64,000 nucleotides of DNA from the NCBI GenBank assembly GCA_002104905.1, contig MCFE01000279.1, forward strand, positions 39,986-103,985, read 5' to 3'. Positions 40,545 through 55,046 of the stretch are shown piece after piece. The position numbers and the translations under genes were made by a program. The number at the start of each line of letters is the position of its first letter. The stretch's first letter is position 1. Origin of the DNA: Basidiobolus meristosporus CBS 931.73. Its lineage: Eukaryota; Fungi; Basidiobolomycota. A model generated the notes under the pieces. That model worked only from the letters and a program-made list of their open reading frames with translations, was not told the origin of the DNA and searched no databases.

Positions 40545-42534
40545 CAAGCTCTCGACTATAGAAGCCATCCTTTTATCGATCGTTTTTCAGCCTCATTGCA
40601 AGAAAATAGAATAGTGAATACTTTGGTAGAGCAGATGTTTATTAGCTTAGAATTGTTGATAAGAACTTAATCTTTATATAATTTTTACATTGTAACAAAA
40701 TATTCATTTCCAACGATGATATTTTGATGTAATCATTTTGTCATCTTCTTACTCCTTCCTGTTCGAATAAATTAGAAAGTGAAGTTAAAAATATAGATAT
40801 CAGCTGCAAAACAACTGAGCAATGGGATCTACATGGCGCTCACTGATCAGCTAGGGCTGTACATGTATGGAGGTTGGCTGTTCAGACTGGTAAATTCTGT
40901 CCCAAACCAAGGGCAATATATTGAATTTTCCGATGTCAACCCCTATGTATGTAATAGCTCAGTCGTTGGCTGTCTAAGCGTTCTTCAGGGATATCTTAGA
41001 CTCAGATGAATTGGCCACTGCATATGTAAAGCTAACAGCTCAGTAACTGTGGAATCCAATTTAGAATCCCTGCAACCATGGACCTCAGTCATGTAGTTTT
41101 TAGATTCAGCAAAAGAAAAGTATCACATTCCCCAAGTTCCCAATATACTATGCAAAGTCAAGTAAGAAGAAGGAAGAGTCATCACTCTGGCAAGGTGTGC
41201 CCCGCACTTTGGTCACCTGCAGGTAAGCATTCCCCCCTTTCATGACTGCAGAAACTAGCTGGCAGCGTTCATCCATTTCCCCACGCATCCTCAGTATTCT
41301 ACATGGTGGTACTGTTGAGGGAACTTACCAAGATAATATATTCGTAGCTGTCTAGTTGATAGATTTCCCAGGAGTATTTAGCTCCTGCTTGCCTCCGATC
41401 AGCTTTTCGTAGCAAGTACAATAAGTGAACTATATTTCATCAGAGGACATCATCATTGTGAATTTCTGCAGGCATCGTTAGAAAATACAAGACTGCCAAT
41501 ATTCAGCATACGGGTGACTTTGTTCTCTGATATTTTGGAGTTTACGGTACGGCGAAACATGAATGATCTTGGAATTTAGTGTATCCTTCGAATATGATCA
41601 ATTTCAATACTAAGCTACTCTACTGATCTCCAATCCATATATACATGTATATACATATATATATTGGCCATAATTGTCTTCACACTAGTGGGCTCATCTG
41701 CTGGCTCTATTGCATGGCGAGTTCCCATCAGATGGGTAAAGTGCTTCCGGAAATGCTTCAGGGCAGTTGTTTTTAGGAATGGTTTCCAGAATCCATCAAA
41801 GGGTCCCCAAACGTTTTGTGCGTGCTTTGGAAGACTTCCGAAACACAACCCCAACCTATTTTCCTCTTACATTGTCCAGGTAATCAGTCAAGTTGGGAAC
41901 GTATCTCGTATGTTCACCCGAATTCCAAAACATGACAAATACCCACAATTTTCTCGCAATGGGCACGAGATCCAAGGGCTTCAGCATGAAGTTGACTTCT
42001 GATGCTCAGCTTAACCAGCAGACTCTGATGGTCCACTATTGTAGAGCCAAGGCCTAGGAGGATTTGTTCCTTGGGAAGCATACCACTACATATTCCGTTT
42101 ACATGCAGTTGATTACGATAACCGGTAGTAATGGCCATGATCCAGAAGATTATTGGTAGCGGCATGAACTTCGTTGTCACAACCAAGGGGCGAATGAAAT
42201 CCTACGGTTGTGTGGATTAGATTACACCAAGACAGGTTTCTAGCTAGTCCTGTACATAAGCGGGATTTTCTTGGATACTGGAGCACCTCATTCGCTGCTG
42301 ATTGGATATCCTGGCGGCAGATATTCCTGTAGGTTTTTTGTACAATTGTCTAAATATTCCCGTGTTTTTATTGAAACAAGGTAACCTTGGAAGGCTTCTA
42401 GAATAATGGTCGAGTTGAAGAATCTAGACTGTAAGATGCTTGTGAACATGTAGCCGCAATGAAGGTGACATATTCTCATTAGTGAAGTATGAATGCTCAT
42501 GAGGGTTCAGGTTAACGACAGCTGTGCGGGTATT

Positions 42535-43468
42535 TTAAGTGATGATTGGTCGCTCAGAGTCAACCTTGCGTATATTTAGGTGCACATCCCAGGGATCCGA
42601 GCCAAGGACCTGATGGTCTTTCAAAAAGTTCGCTGGGTGTGCATTGGTTTCAGCCTGGATTTGTTGTTGATGGAGTTTGTGAGAGTGCTCCGTTTGCTTC
42701 ATGACAAGCCAGGAGTTCAGTATCCCTATCAGTAAGGAAGGTGTTAGTAATTGGGGAAAAGGTCTGGAGCCGAATATATATCCTACATCCGATGCGAAGC
42801 AAGTGGCTCATAGAAGCCCCAGTCACTGTGAACATAAGAATGGCAAACGTGAAGTTAAACGCCAAAATGAGAATCGGAAAGATATAGCCATGCTTCACGA
42901 GCATGCTAAATATCTTGGGAGAAAGTGTTCGTGATTGTTGGTATATCCGCTGCACAAACATCCAGCTCAAAAACAACACAACTCCAGTTTCTGTAGCAAG
43001 TAGCACCACAGGCCAAGTCTTTTCCGGTCTCCCAATGCAATAACCATATCCATAGTGAACGAAGGATGTGGAGATCATAATCATGACCAGACATCCCGCA
43101 CGAGCAACCTGAACAATTGAGCACACAGCGGCAATCCATTTGAAGGATTTGTTGGTGTAGTAAGCCTTTAAAAACAATATGATATCGATGACCAAGAAAG
43201 ATGTGAACGATAGGAATTGATACAAGTAGAACTGGAATGTGCAGTCAGCGAGAGTACTAAAGACTGATATCAAGTCGACAATGGTGCTGATAAGTAGCAG
43301 GCTGCATTGGATAAAGTTCAATTTGTATATCCACAAAATCTCACGCAGAGCGATTTTTACCGACTGGTATGTCCCGGCAAGTGCAATAGGAAATGCGAAC
43401 GCAGTAATGATTGTGCCAAGGTTATAGAGAAATATATGCTGCGAATCCCAGACAAGTTGCTGCTCCAT
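42535..43468 (-). CDS. Orphan polytopic (7TM/GPCR-like) membrane protein
   Basis: Six hydrophobic segments in the ORF. A predicted intron (GTAGGA..CTAAC..TAG, ~42785-42725) adds WILNSWLVMKQ as a seventh helix plus a short tail. Confidence 0.65.
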
Positions 43469-44778
43469 GTCTTTGGTCTATAATCCGCTCGGCTCTATTT
43501 CCAAACTAAAGGCTACGAATGTACGATCCGACGCGACTTCTGTTTTATGGATTGGAAGAGTTCGTACAGGAATTCAGGTAGAAAGCCTTTCCGGGGGCGA
43601 CCCTTCCCTTCATTTTATAGTTGCTAGATTCCCGTTCTGGTTTCTGTTGAACGAGGATTACCTTGATGTAACCTTTCCGGATTCATCAACCATGGATAAC
43701 TGGTTGGTGATATCTATTTGCCAGTTATTAATAACCTAATTTTGGTCCAACCATACTTATTGGCAACTGGATTTTATACGGTGACGTTCCTATATTAGTG
43801 TTTATGTCGGTTTGCAGGTTGGTGAGCACGGGAGTCGCCTGGTGTCGTTGGTTGACTCACATCTCACATCATGCAATCTAAGAGGTACTCTAGGAAACAA
43901 CGAAGTGCGGCTCTGTTGTGTATGGGCACAAGCCGTCCCACCGTCCACCATCTCTCCAAACTTAATTAAATCCCATATTCTATAGTCGTATATTGAACAT
44001 TCAAGTATTAGTGTTAACCCATGAGGAGGTAATACAAACGCCACCCCCTCCAGCAGGTTAGTCAGAGGCCAACATTTTAATACGGTAATACTAATCATAC
44101 CTTGGTCTCCAAACTGTGTAAGTGAAGTAAATTGGTTGTAGCAGCTGGAGAGGGGAGAAGGGCCACAGCACCATGACGAAGATACTAAACATGAATTGTG
44201 ATCTTCTGGCCCGAATCTGCACCGGGTGGAGATTGATGATCGTGGTCAACCAACGGAAAGCATCTGTATCCGGAGCCGATGGGCCGCGGGCTCGAATACC
44301 TTCCAACTTTTGCCTGTTTCATAGAGGTCTCATCACTTATTCTGTCTGATTTGTCGAGCAAATTTTGATATTCATTTATGATGTTGATTGGCTTCCCTTC
44401 GTTGATTATTTGGCAGCACTAGGTTTAACCACATATCGGCACCGTGAGAATCCCATGGACGCTGTCTGAAAGATCATTGAGAATTAGTCTCTGAAAGACA
44501 CCGTTGTAGATGTTCGCTCGTGGGATCAGATTATTACGGTGGTGTGACCAGTAAATTAAAAGGTAGAAACAAAAAGCCGATAGAGCTGGGAATTTGTATG
44601 CAACTTTAAATTCTGAGTTCAACAAATACCGAGGCCCACTCTGGGAAACGATCTGATGGGTGCTGGAGGAATATCAATTTGGTATTGTATTATGATGTTT
44701 TGGAGCCACTGATATATCAATAACAATGTGTCGATTTAGGATTTGGGTCGATTGTAACCCGTTATCGGTGGGTCCACT

Positions 44779-45922
44779 ATGAATGAAGCTCAGCTAACCT
44801 CTAAAGAAAAAAAGAAATTGTACAAAAAGGAATTGCGCAAGCGGAAGCGCTTGCTTTCACTAGAACAGGAAAATTCTACTGATAAGTTCATCGTAAACAG
44901 CATTGTTTGAACTCTTGCCACAACCCAAACCACTAAATCCTTCGGTAAAGGGTGCATACACCTTTAACTCCGATGTAGATATATCAGATGTAGTCATTCC
45001 TGAAAGCAAGGGGAAAAGTGAGGTATATGGCTCTGCCCAGCTTTATGATCCGCAGTCGTTTTCTAAATAACGAGACCTATCCATACTTCTAACAAATCAA
45101 CAAAGGAATCCTCAAATGTTTCCGCTCCCGAAAGCAGGCCTGCTTTGGAAGGGTGTGCAGAGGTAAAAGAGGTTACTTTCCCGACTGCCCGATTTACTCA
45201 TGATTATCTGCATCCAGAAATCCAAGAGAACTATAGGTTGTGCACTGCCACCAGATATACTTGCAAAGCGAGTCTTAGACGATAATTGTACAGAATCCGA
45301 AATCTCAAAGAAACATAGAAGCTGTCTAGAGTTTGTTGATGCAGTGAGTGGCTATCATTTTAAATTCGCTATGAAATATGCCATAACCTCAGAAAATCAG
45401 CCTCTTGCAGATCCAAAGGTGAAAAGCCCGTCCAAAGAATCTCCTATTAGCGTTGTGAGCCAGGTTTTACATCTGATAGTGGTCTTCCCTTCGATAAACG
45501 GCATATATTAATTTCGCGTTAGCCCGATTCAACGAAGCGTATTCATAGTGGTTTGCGGTGTTGCCGGTGCTTCGAACTACTAGTCAGAGATCAAGACTTT
45601 GAACATCACAATAACACGCTTCTTGTCCGACCTAACAAACTACCAGACAATTGGAAAGGACTTCAAAGGCGTGGAGATAGAGTAAACCCACTATGACATA
45701 ATCCTCGGGGCATTTTTATTGATTTTTATAATTGTAGATATTTTGCCAGAACATGCACAACATTGGAACCATCCAGCGCACTACCTGGGCGAATCTAAGC
45801 GTTGCCATTTACCACCTGAAGATCGACAAAACCACTTTTCGAGAAAACTTTCCTCGTTAATTAGGAAGCCAACACATCATCTGCCGCCCGATCATCTTTC
45901 GAACCAGACACCATCTTGCTGA
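44779..45922 (+). CDS. Possible multi-exon hypothetical protein with a basic N-terminus
   Basis: MNEAQLTSKEKKKLYKKELRKRKRLL start, followed by short ORF segments with splice-like boundaries. No recognisable domain; exon chain not resolved. Confidence 0.28.
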
Positions 45923-47712
45923 TTTCTATATCGACCAGCTGAACCAGACGAAGTGCCTTGAATAAACCAGTTTAATATTTTCTGAAGATTAGATTATCAA
46001 GTTGTGGCAGTTCTCTGTTCGGTCGCCGTTAAACTAGGTTACACAGTCGTGCCAAAAGCCCTTTTTGCTTAGGAAAAATCTGGAGTTTGGCAAGTATGCA
46101 ATATATATAACCGGTCGCCAGGAAGGCCACTCTATCCTCACGACAATAGAACAATCAACCCATTCAACTCGAAATAGGACACCTAATTACTTCGGTGCAT
46201 GCCCTTCGTGCTATCTATCCACGCACAACTAAAAACGCTTTCCCGACTTGTGTAATCAGAGAGCAAGCACATCGGAGAATCCCAACACATGGCAACACTG
46301 ATCACATCAGAATGAGTCGCATAACCGTACCAGCCAAGGGCATCTTGGTGCTCATCAAAACCATAGCCGCAAATCAAGATCAGCGCATACAACTTCGAGG
46401 AAAAGTTTTTCTACAATAACCGGTTTCGATGATCTGGTACATGTTTTCAGCGTCAGAATCCCAACTGGCACAAAATAGAAATGGTGGAGATAGAGGAACA
46501 CTATAACCTTGTATTCGATTTGGGAAATATGTGACATCGGAGAATATGCATGGCATACTTGACTGCAATCTCCATCAAAAACGTAGATGCCAAAGTGGGT
46601 TGCGCAAGATATAATTCATAGCATAATAATGCAGCCTATTGCAGTGCCAAGGTGTCATATCCCAATAAACGATACCTAGTGAGGATGCCCACTTACATGG
46701 TTAGCAACCAGAGCAGTATCAAGCGAATCTGGTACCTTGGAAAGTTGGTCCCGAAAACACATATTGGAACCATAACCCTAGGGTTGCATGATGATCACGG
46801 GTCCAAAACCCGACCGAAAGAATAATTGGTGTCAGGCACAATGTTGACTACATTCCTGTCAAACAGACGGGAAAGAAAACGCTTCACAGCATGATTCACT
46901 CATACTAATAAGTGATCGTTGAATGTTGCATAGAATAAGAACCCTGAAATGTCACATATTGGACTCCGTCAAGTGGCAAGTCACGGCTTTATTTGTCTGT
47001 GAAGACCTAGGAAGGGGAACGCTGAGTGTTTCTCGCTGCGACAGAGGACGTTGAAGTCAGAGGTGTGAGCTTCATTGATCATGAATCCCATTCGGGGAAC
47101 TCGGATTCAGGGCCAACACGAATCGAATCACCGAAGTAATTGAAGTTGGCTATGGAAAACCCCGCAAGTTGCAGTCCCATCCTACATAGTACCACCACAC
47201 CGCCCCATCACTACGTATTATTGGAAGGCATGTGTGCCAAAAGAACATTCTAACCAACACTCCAGCTAACCCTAGCCTGCAGAGGCATACCCCACACTGT
47301 GATAGACAACCGTATCTTATCTAATCAAACTGATCTTCACAGTAACCATTTGGCCGTATCTGGAGATCGCCTATTCCAATTGCTGCCCAACACTCCCCAC
47401 CATAGCCCCGTCAATGCTATTCAACAGTCATCGCTTGCTTTTTTAAATGTTTAATCATGTTCTTCAAAAATGGGTAAATTCAATTCTATTACGTTAGAAA
47501 TTTAAATGAACGCAGCCATGTAGTAATGAATATGGTGGTACTTAAGTGCGATAAAAGAGTATGACGGAGTTCGATTTGGTGCCCGTACTAGAGAAGAGAC
47601 AAGATCGGAGGAAGCGAAAATGAAATAATACAAAATGAAGATGTTTGTCCGATGATATCATCATCCGTGCACACCAACATTGAACTGTTGGATACCGAAT
47701 TCAAAGCAAGGT

Positions 47713-49000
47713 TTAGGCAAGGTTCTTGATGACCTCAGCGGTGAATTGGCTGTTGGTAGATTTGCCACCCAAATCACCAGTGAGAGCCTTGCCCTCGGCG
47801 ATGGTTTTGAGAACAGCGGATTCGATGGAGTCAGCGAAGGGCTCGAGCTTCATATGGCGAAGCATCATCACGGAGCTGAGAAGAAGGGCGGTGGGGTTGG
47901 CCTTGTCCTGTCCAGCGATATCAGGGGCGGTACCGTGAACAGACTCGAAGATGGAGGCAGTCTTGCCAATGTTACCAGAAGGAGTGAGGCCAAGACCACC
48001 GATCAAACCGGCGCACATATCGGAGATGATATCACCATACAAGTTGGGCATGACCATGACGGCATCGGCGTAGGTGTTGGGGTCTTGAACAACGTGAAGG
48101 CAGGCACGATCAAGCAAGACATCATCAAACTTAATTTGAGGGAACTCCTGAGCAACATCACGGCAAGCACTCAAGAAGAGACCATCGGACATCTTCATGA
48201 TGTTGGCCTTGTGAACAGCAGTGACACGCTCACGTCCGTTGGCAACGGCGTATTCGAAGGCGTATCTAGCACAACGCTCGGAAGCCTCTCTGGTGATCAA
48301 CTTGATGGATTGAACAACACCATCAACAACCTCGTGCTCAATACCAGAGTACTCTCCTTCAGTGTTCTCTCTGATCAAAACAGTGTTGACGTTGTCATAA
48401 AGGGTCTTGTAGCCGACAATGCTCTTGCAGGGACGAACATTGGCGTAAAGGTCGAAGGTTCTTCTCAAGGTCAAGTTGAGAGAAACGTGACCCTTACCAA
48501 TGGGAGTAGCCAAAGGACCCTTCAAAGCAATCTTGTTCTTGGTGACAGAGTGAAGAGCTTCATCGGGAATAACAGTCTTTCCCTCTCTGATAACGGGAGT
48601 AACGTCAACCTCCTCCCATTCGATTGGGACATTGGCAGCAGAGTAGATTTCCTTGACCGATTTGGAGATCTCCGGGCCAATACCGTCACCAGGAATTAAA
48701 GTTACAACATAGTTACCCTTGAAAGAGGAAAATGAGTGCGTTTCCAACAGCCATGGGAAATAGGTGGCGGACTTACAGTGGCGGGGTTCTTGTTCAAAGC
48801 AGGGGCGGAAGTGGCGGTGGCCAAGGCTCTGACAGCTGAGAACTAGAGTTTCAACAGAGTATTAGCTTGATATTCCAAACGCCACGACACAGATTCTGGG
48901 TGCGGGAATCGAGGCAAACGAAGAATTCAGGAGCGCATCGTACCTGAGCAGTGTTACGTAGCACTCTAAGAGCGGAGGGGGCAGACTTGGACAAGAACAT
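47713..49000 (-). CDS. IDH2: Mitochondrial NAD-dependent isocitrate dehydrogenase, catalytic subunit
   Basis: Presequence [19 protein letters not shown] on two short 5' exons; [44 protein letters not shown] and [13 protein letters not shown]. Confidence 0.96.
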
Positions 49001-50770
49001 TGTTATCTGGAGAGGTTTGGTTAAGTGGATTTAGGTAGAGTTGAGAAGGCAACCAGCACCAGAAATTGTTTCGTGGGAGGTCAACATTTATGTGGTTTTA
49101 AGGGTGGTTCCCCCAAAACGTCAGAAAGGGAAAAAATTTTTAGACACTCCTGATGCCTATCGATTTTGGGTAATTACGAAGTTTTGTAAGACAGGCAATC
49201 TATTTGGGTCACTCAATCCCAAGTATTGAGATCTCACCCAACAGTCATCGGGGATCCCCGAAGTCCAAGGCAATTGATTAAGCGTCATACGATAATAAAA
49301 GAAACACACTACAAACCCACCAGTGCATATAAGGGAAACATCGGTAGATTTACCGTGAGGGAAATCACAGAATGCGGTTGCTCCAAGGTAATTGGTTGAA
49401 TTACCCGAAACGGGTATGGGTTGACAGTGGTGAGGCAGTGGGGAAGGGGACGGGGTTGCGAAGTAAGGGTTTATTTGATAGGAAACGCGAATGATACTGC
49501 TTTACCGTTGATGCTGGTTACACGTTGTGCTCATTTCGAGCCGAAACGGTAGCCGTCATGATGGCTCGAGGCAGCTAACTCCGAGAAGCCACACCTTTTG
49601 GGAATATGTCCTACTTCCCCACTACCGTGGGCTAATTGGCTGTATCCATTCTGAATGGCTTAATTGACAAGCTCAGATAGGGAAGCCGAAAAATGGGGCA
49701 TTTTTTTTTCGCTTATTCCGTCGCTGAGTGACGGCTATTCGTCCATAATCCACAATTCGCGGGCGCAATGTGGGGAAATCATTTGACGCAGTCAGGTGAT
49801 TGGCTAGCAGCCCTCCGTTTGAAAACAACTCGGCCACCTCCATGTCTGCTGTTGAGGCTTCTCACTGAATCCAACGCATGTAGTGGCAACAAATTCCATT
49901 GCCATCCAAGGTTAGCTGAGCTTGCGATAAAACTGGTACTATTAGCCGAGTGGTACCAATATGACACCCAAGCCCACCTCTCTTTGCACAAGGTTGCCGT
50001 TCGAACGTGGTACCGATGACGTAAGGTAATAATACCGCCTTTAGCTCAAGAAATACCCATAGGCTCAGGAAATCGGTGGTTTGAAATGGACGGAGATTGC
50101 TGGTGTCAATCAACATCACCTGGTTGTGCAGCTGCCGCCTCCAATCATGTGTGATTTCCAGTTACAATCTACTATCAATTCTAGCTTGACATTCTTGGAT
50201 ATCTATTTTGGATGAAGCCACTGTTCTCTATGGAAAAATTCTCCTCTGATCTTCCACTACGGCACAATCCGCACAACCCTGCTGCGATTGCTTCAGTCTC
50301 ACCATATACAGGGTGAACTATGTTCCGTATTCGGAACTCAAGTGGAGATTCGGTCCACCAAATGGGGCATTTTCATTAGATGCTTGGTATTGGATATTAT
50401 CCTCTATGCGGACAGAGGAAGCATGGACGTTGGGGCTTAACTCCTACCGATGGTTTAAATACACAAGTGTAAGTACATAGTGGAGAAAAGAAAGTGACCA
50501 CTTTTGTGGGCCGCAGAAGGGCTATGAGGTGTATCGTTGTTCGGGAGATTGCCATTTTTATTGGACATTTATTCGTTTGTCAAGAGCCACCTCGGATAGG
50601 AAAGATGTGCACGGCAATGAGTTTGGCCGTTGTTCTCAGTCCAATGTCAAGTCAGCATCTTTCTTCCAAATGCTAGTCGACGCTTTTTGTTTGAAAAGTG
50701 TCGAGCACAGCAGCAAGCATGTTGAGAAATACGGGTTAATAGTTCCGCGAGGTTGGATGCGAGTCTGTGG

Positions 50771-53079
50771 TTATTTGAAGAATTTCGCGATTCCAGTCTT
50801 GGTACTCTTCTTTTTACTCGAGGCGGTTTCTTCCTTGGGTGGGTGAGTTTCCGAAGGACGCTTTTGTCCTTTGGAAAGGGCTAAAGCAAAGTGGTAATCC
50901 GAATGCTCATCCCACTCGTTGTAAGGAATGGACTTTCCGCACTTTTCGCAGTCAATTGTGGGCAAGTTTGCTTCACAGTCTATGTCAGCCTCGTGGTGGA
51001 TAGCTACCTCGGGAAGTACGGCGATTGGCTCCCTCTTTTCTGACTCGACAACCGCCGATAAGGAATTGGAAGAGTTCGAGGTGTGCTTCGAGTGAGCAGA
51101 GATTCCATTGGATACTGGCTTTGGGGAATCGTCTAGTGGCAGGATGTTCGTAGCAGCCTTCGGGCTTGGCGTAAAGAAGCTAGTAATTGCTTTAGAGCTT
51201 CTCCCCTCATCTTTGACGAAAGCTGTGGCTGTAATCGAGAGTCCTACACAGGGGAACACCTGTTCTGCACTCCGAAAATACTCCAACGCCTTTTGTCCTA
51301 GAACTTCTGGAGAGGTTAGTTTTCCTCTTACGATCATGGGACCTGACTTTGAACGGCCGGAAGGAGAGTTGGCAGATCGATAATGAATCTGACCATCAAA
51401 GGGCGGTTAGCAGTCGTTTCTCACAAAGTGTAAGAGAAGAGAGTTGCCATACGACGTACCGAGAGTGTTTTCGGCCATCGACCATTCAGCTCGAAATCAT
51501 CCTGTAAGCGTGTATACAGCTCTATACTTAATATATTGATCCAGGATTCTGCTTCGGTCAGGGCATTTATGGCTGGATAAAACGACTTGGCAGCCATCAT
51601 TGATTTGGAAATATTGCGAGGGACAACTACAAATAAACGCTTAATGACCGTGAGATGTCAATAGCAGCTCGCTTAGGATCCAACCTTCCTCGTCGTCTAT
51701 CCCTCTGACAATGTTGTACAAAAAGAGGCCAGTGCCTTGCCCAAATCGCCTAGTCAACTCATCTACGGTGTATTCCCTAGGTGGTTGCTGGTCAGTTGTC
51801 GAAAAGTTTCCGAATATAAACAAATGCGAACCATATGTCGCTGGCAGTTTCTGCTTTTAATTGCGATTCTAAGAGGTCTCCTAGCTTTCCTCCTAGAGAA
51901 CGAATCTTGCGAAACGGCATATCCCGGAGAAATTCTAGCACTGCTGACTGTCTGATGACTGTCTATAGCACAAGTGTCAGTGGTTCAGTGGCAAAAGCCC
52001 CGGAAGAGTATGAATCACCTGTTGGTTTGGCTTGTTGAGTGCAGAGCAGAGTTTTGCCAATGTTTTGTTGTGGGCAATGCCTAGATTGGAAACGCTTAGT
52101 ATGCTTCAGCTTGATTTGGGTGGTCAGTCATAAAGAACCTGTGGAGCATGTATAGCCAAGTTCTTCGAACACCCGCGCGCGGATGGTTTTTGAAATCTCT
52201 GCACCAATAGCAAGCTGCATATCGTTCCATTCCACCTCCTCGTCCAATTCACCAAGAACCACCCCAAGGCTTTCCCAGTCTATTTTAGGTGGATATACAT
52301 CATTCAGATAGCCAGAATACCTTTCTATTAGGAGCTTGTTTACTTCCTCCGTCACGTCAATGTAGGCTTCATCTGCCCATGGTAATCGTTGAAGTGGTAT
52401 CGTGAGAAGTCCATATTACGGGAAAAACTCTAGAGGGTTAAGAATTACCTACACTGGCCTTTTGAACAGTCTTACTATAACGCCGAAATATTTCAAAAAT
52501 TTGGGAACTAGCTCTTCGATAAGGCTCCAGTGAGACCTTGTGAGTATCACGTTCTGGATTGACATGGTAGTCAAAGGAAGATTTCTCAGTATATGTTGCC
52601 ACATGGACTAGCTGGAGCTCTAGGTTGGAGGGTTCATTAGTGCATTGTTGTGGTAAAGGATGGTAATGATATCCTAGCCACCTGGGCATAGCTTCAGCGC
52701 ATCTGTGACAGAAGAGTGTCTTTTAAAGAAAGATTAATATCAACCGTTGGATCTTGAAAAATTGAACTAATAGAAAACCGTTTCACGCCTAATCTGCGAG
52801 CAGGGTAATTAACTGCAATCAATCCTTGCCACTGTTGAACCGCAACAGGGGTTTCTGGGGGTATATTCAGCCTGACTTGTTCTAGTCGAAAGCCGTTAGT
52901 TTCTAGAACAACCAATATCCATGTATTGAGTACTAGTACATACCGACTTGGCAGTAGAAACAATCTATGCAAATGAAGGTTAGTTGCTGTCATTCCATTG
53001 TAGACTGGGAAAACAAATCACCTAGATCGATATGAAGAATGCACCTGCTGTGGCGTAGTCCAACGGGTAGAGTGCTCAT
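50771..53079 (-). CDS. RAD30: Y-family translesion DNA polymerase eta, multi-exon
   Basis: RCILHIDL, AVQQWQGLIAVNYPAR, ASIDEAYIDVT, GIDDEE; C-terminal UBZ finger (CEKC..EHSDYH) and PIP-like GIAKFFK. Confidence 0.93.
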
Positions 53080-55046
53080 GGTTGATACGCGGATATCTAC
53101 TGCGAGAGTCAACACGCTAATGGATATTTACTGGTAATTCAATAAGCTGTTATAAAAACAGTGACTGTTTTTTGCTTACCATTTTTGAGTATTATTATGA
53201 TTAAAAGAAGCAACAATAAACATATTTTGCATTAAATTACAAGGTCGTCGTTTTATTCAACAAGTTAGGATTATGATAATTCAAGAACATGTCATATCAT
53301 CTAGACAATAATACTTGAAACTATGTGCTAGTGTACTAAAACTGGGGACTATTACAAATGCTGAAATAAAATAGTTCAAGCTTCTATCGGTTGTGTAGGC
53401 TGGTGTTTTCGGAGGTAAAGATTCGCATTGGACGGTGGAAAGGTGCGCTGTGCTATTAGGAGTTTGAAGATTAACGTGCAGGAGCAAACTACGGATAAAT
53501 GGTAAAGAAGCACTGCGGTGCTTAGTGTGCGATCCAGCGACGTATTGTTTCCAAAGAAAATATGGGCAGTCTCAAAGTCTCTAGTGACAAGGAATTTGCA
53601 GGCTGCTGTTTTAGTGTGATGCTAGTGTTGGTCCCCTTCTTTAGGTGCTGGCGCTCCTGATGACGGCGGGCGGTTATGATACGAACGGAGTCCATTGTTA
53701 TATGGAAATAAGCTTGGAGGTAGTGCAATAATGTAACGAATAAGTGGTCTTTGAAGTTGATAAGTGCTACCCGGAGAAAAGAAGACCTTTATATTCAAAT
53801 AATTAACGGATAGTGAACTATAATTATCAGATGGTGGATGTTCGACGCAAATTGGAAAAGCTTTGGAAAAAATCTTTCGAAACAACCATTTATGGACCGA
53901 TCCAGATAATGTAATAAGGGCAAAAAATGGATTGGGCTAGATGTTAGGCGGTAACATGTCCAGACGAGGTAAGTGCCAGTCTAAATCATCAGATCAATTA
54001 ACGTAGACTATTTAAATGACAATTAAGTTGGTTTGAAGTTCACTTGAAACCAAATGGCCACTTCACTACGATGTTGCTGATGAGCCATGTGCTCGGTGCC
54101 ATAGTAGAATCCCATTGATGCAATGTAACAAGTCCTCGATCGACCATATGCTTGATGAATCATCCACTTATTCGTCAACTGAAGCACATGGATTAGCTTG
54201 GCGCTCAGAAAGGAGAAATCGCAACATGCATTCGTGCCTAGCACTCAGCACTTCAATTTCCCTGGGCGGATTATCCTCGTGCCTCAAATCGGTGGGCATA
54301 TCGAAACTCTTTGTAGCAATGGACAGAGCTCTGGAATTTCTTTCAATGTACGAAACTAGGGTGCACAATAATATACCTTAAATTCTATTTATGGTTGTTT
54401 TGGCTTAGAAGAGCCCATTTGCAAGCATCCATACATGACAAAAGCGTATAGACTCACAACTTACAGAAAGTATCCCTTAGTAACTAGTGTTCAGCTCCTA
54501 GAGTCGATGCGTGCACGGTTCTAACTATCGAGATACTTGGCCAACTATCCCGTCTTGCAGCGGTTCTTGGTTCTAGTGTAAATAGTGAAAGGTGTCCTAT
54601 AACCTTATTTCAGCCTGAATAAGGCAAAGATTTGGAATAATAAATACTATGAAGTATCAAGTACTAATGCAACCGTGGCCATGGCCCACTATGCTACTTC
54701 AGCTTCTCTAGAGGTCACTGTTAGTTGGGATTATTATTGGCGAGTTGGCACACAGAACAATTCATAGGTATGAATGACATTTGTTATTAATCTTGGCGCC
54801 CGGACAGCATACAACGGGCTGAAAGCATTTATTAAAATTTACAAAAGAAACCACCAGGCACCTGTGTACGTGTGAGAATAAAAAGGAGACTGTGCCACAG
54901 CCAACGCTTAAATTTCAGTTATAACTGAGCACCTCTTCGGAATAGTGACCTCAATACTAGCAATAATTTAAGGTAAATTACGGGCTAAACATGAGGTTAT
55001 TTTGGGAAGTAGCTTCAAGCTGTGAAGACATCTACGTGTCGTCGGC

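Noticed and set aside
47680-48699. 339-aa plus-strand ORF
   Set aside because: Antisense shadow of IDH2 expected from strong codon bias; no independent protein features.
39354-53079. Deaminase plus Pol eta as an AID/Pol-eta-like hypermutation cluster
   Set aside because: They are 10 kb apart, separated by housekeeping IDH2 and others; nothing in the sequence indicates co-regulation. Treated as coincidence unless synteny is conserved.
53281-54400. Chain of minus-strand ORF fragments upstream of Pol eta
   Set aside because: Interrupted by stops with no recognisable family; left unannotated.
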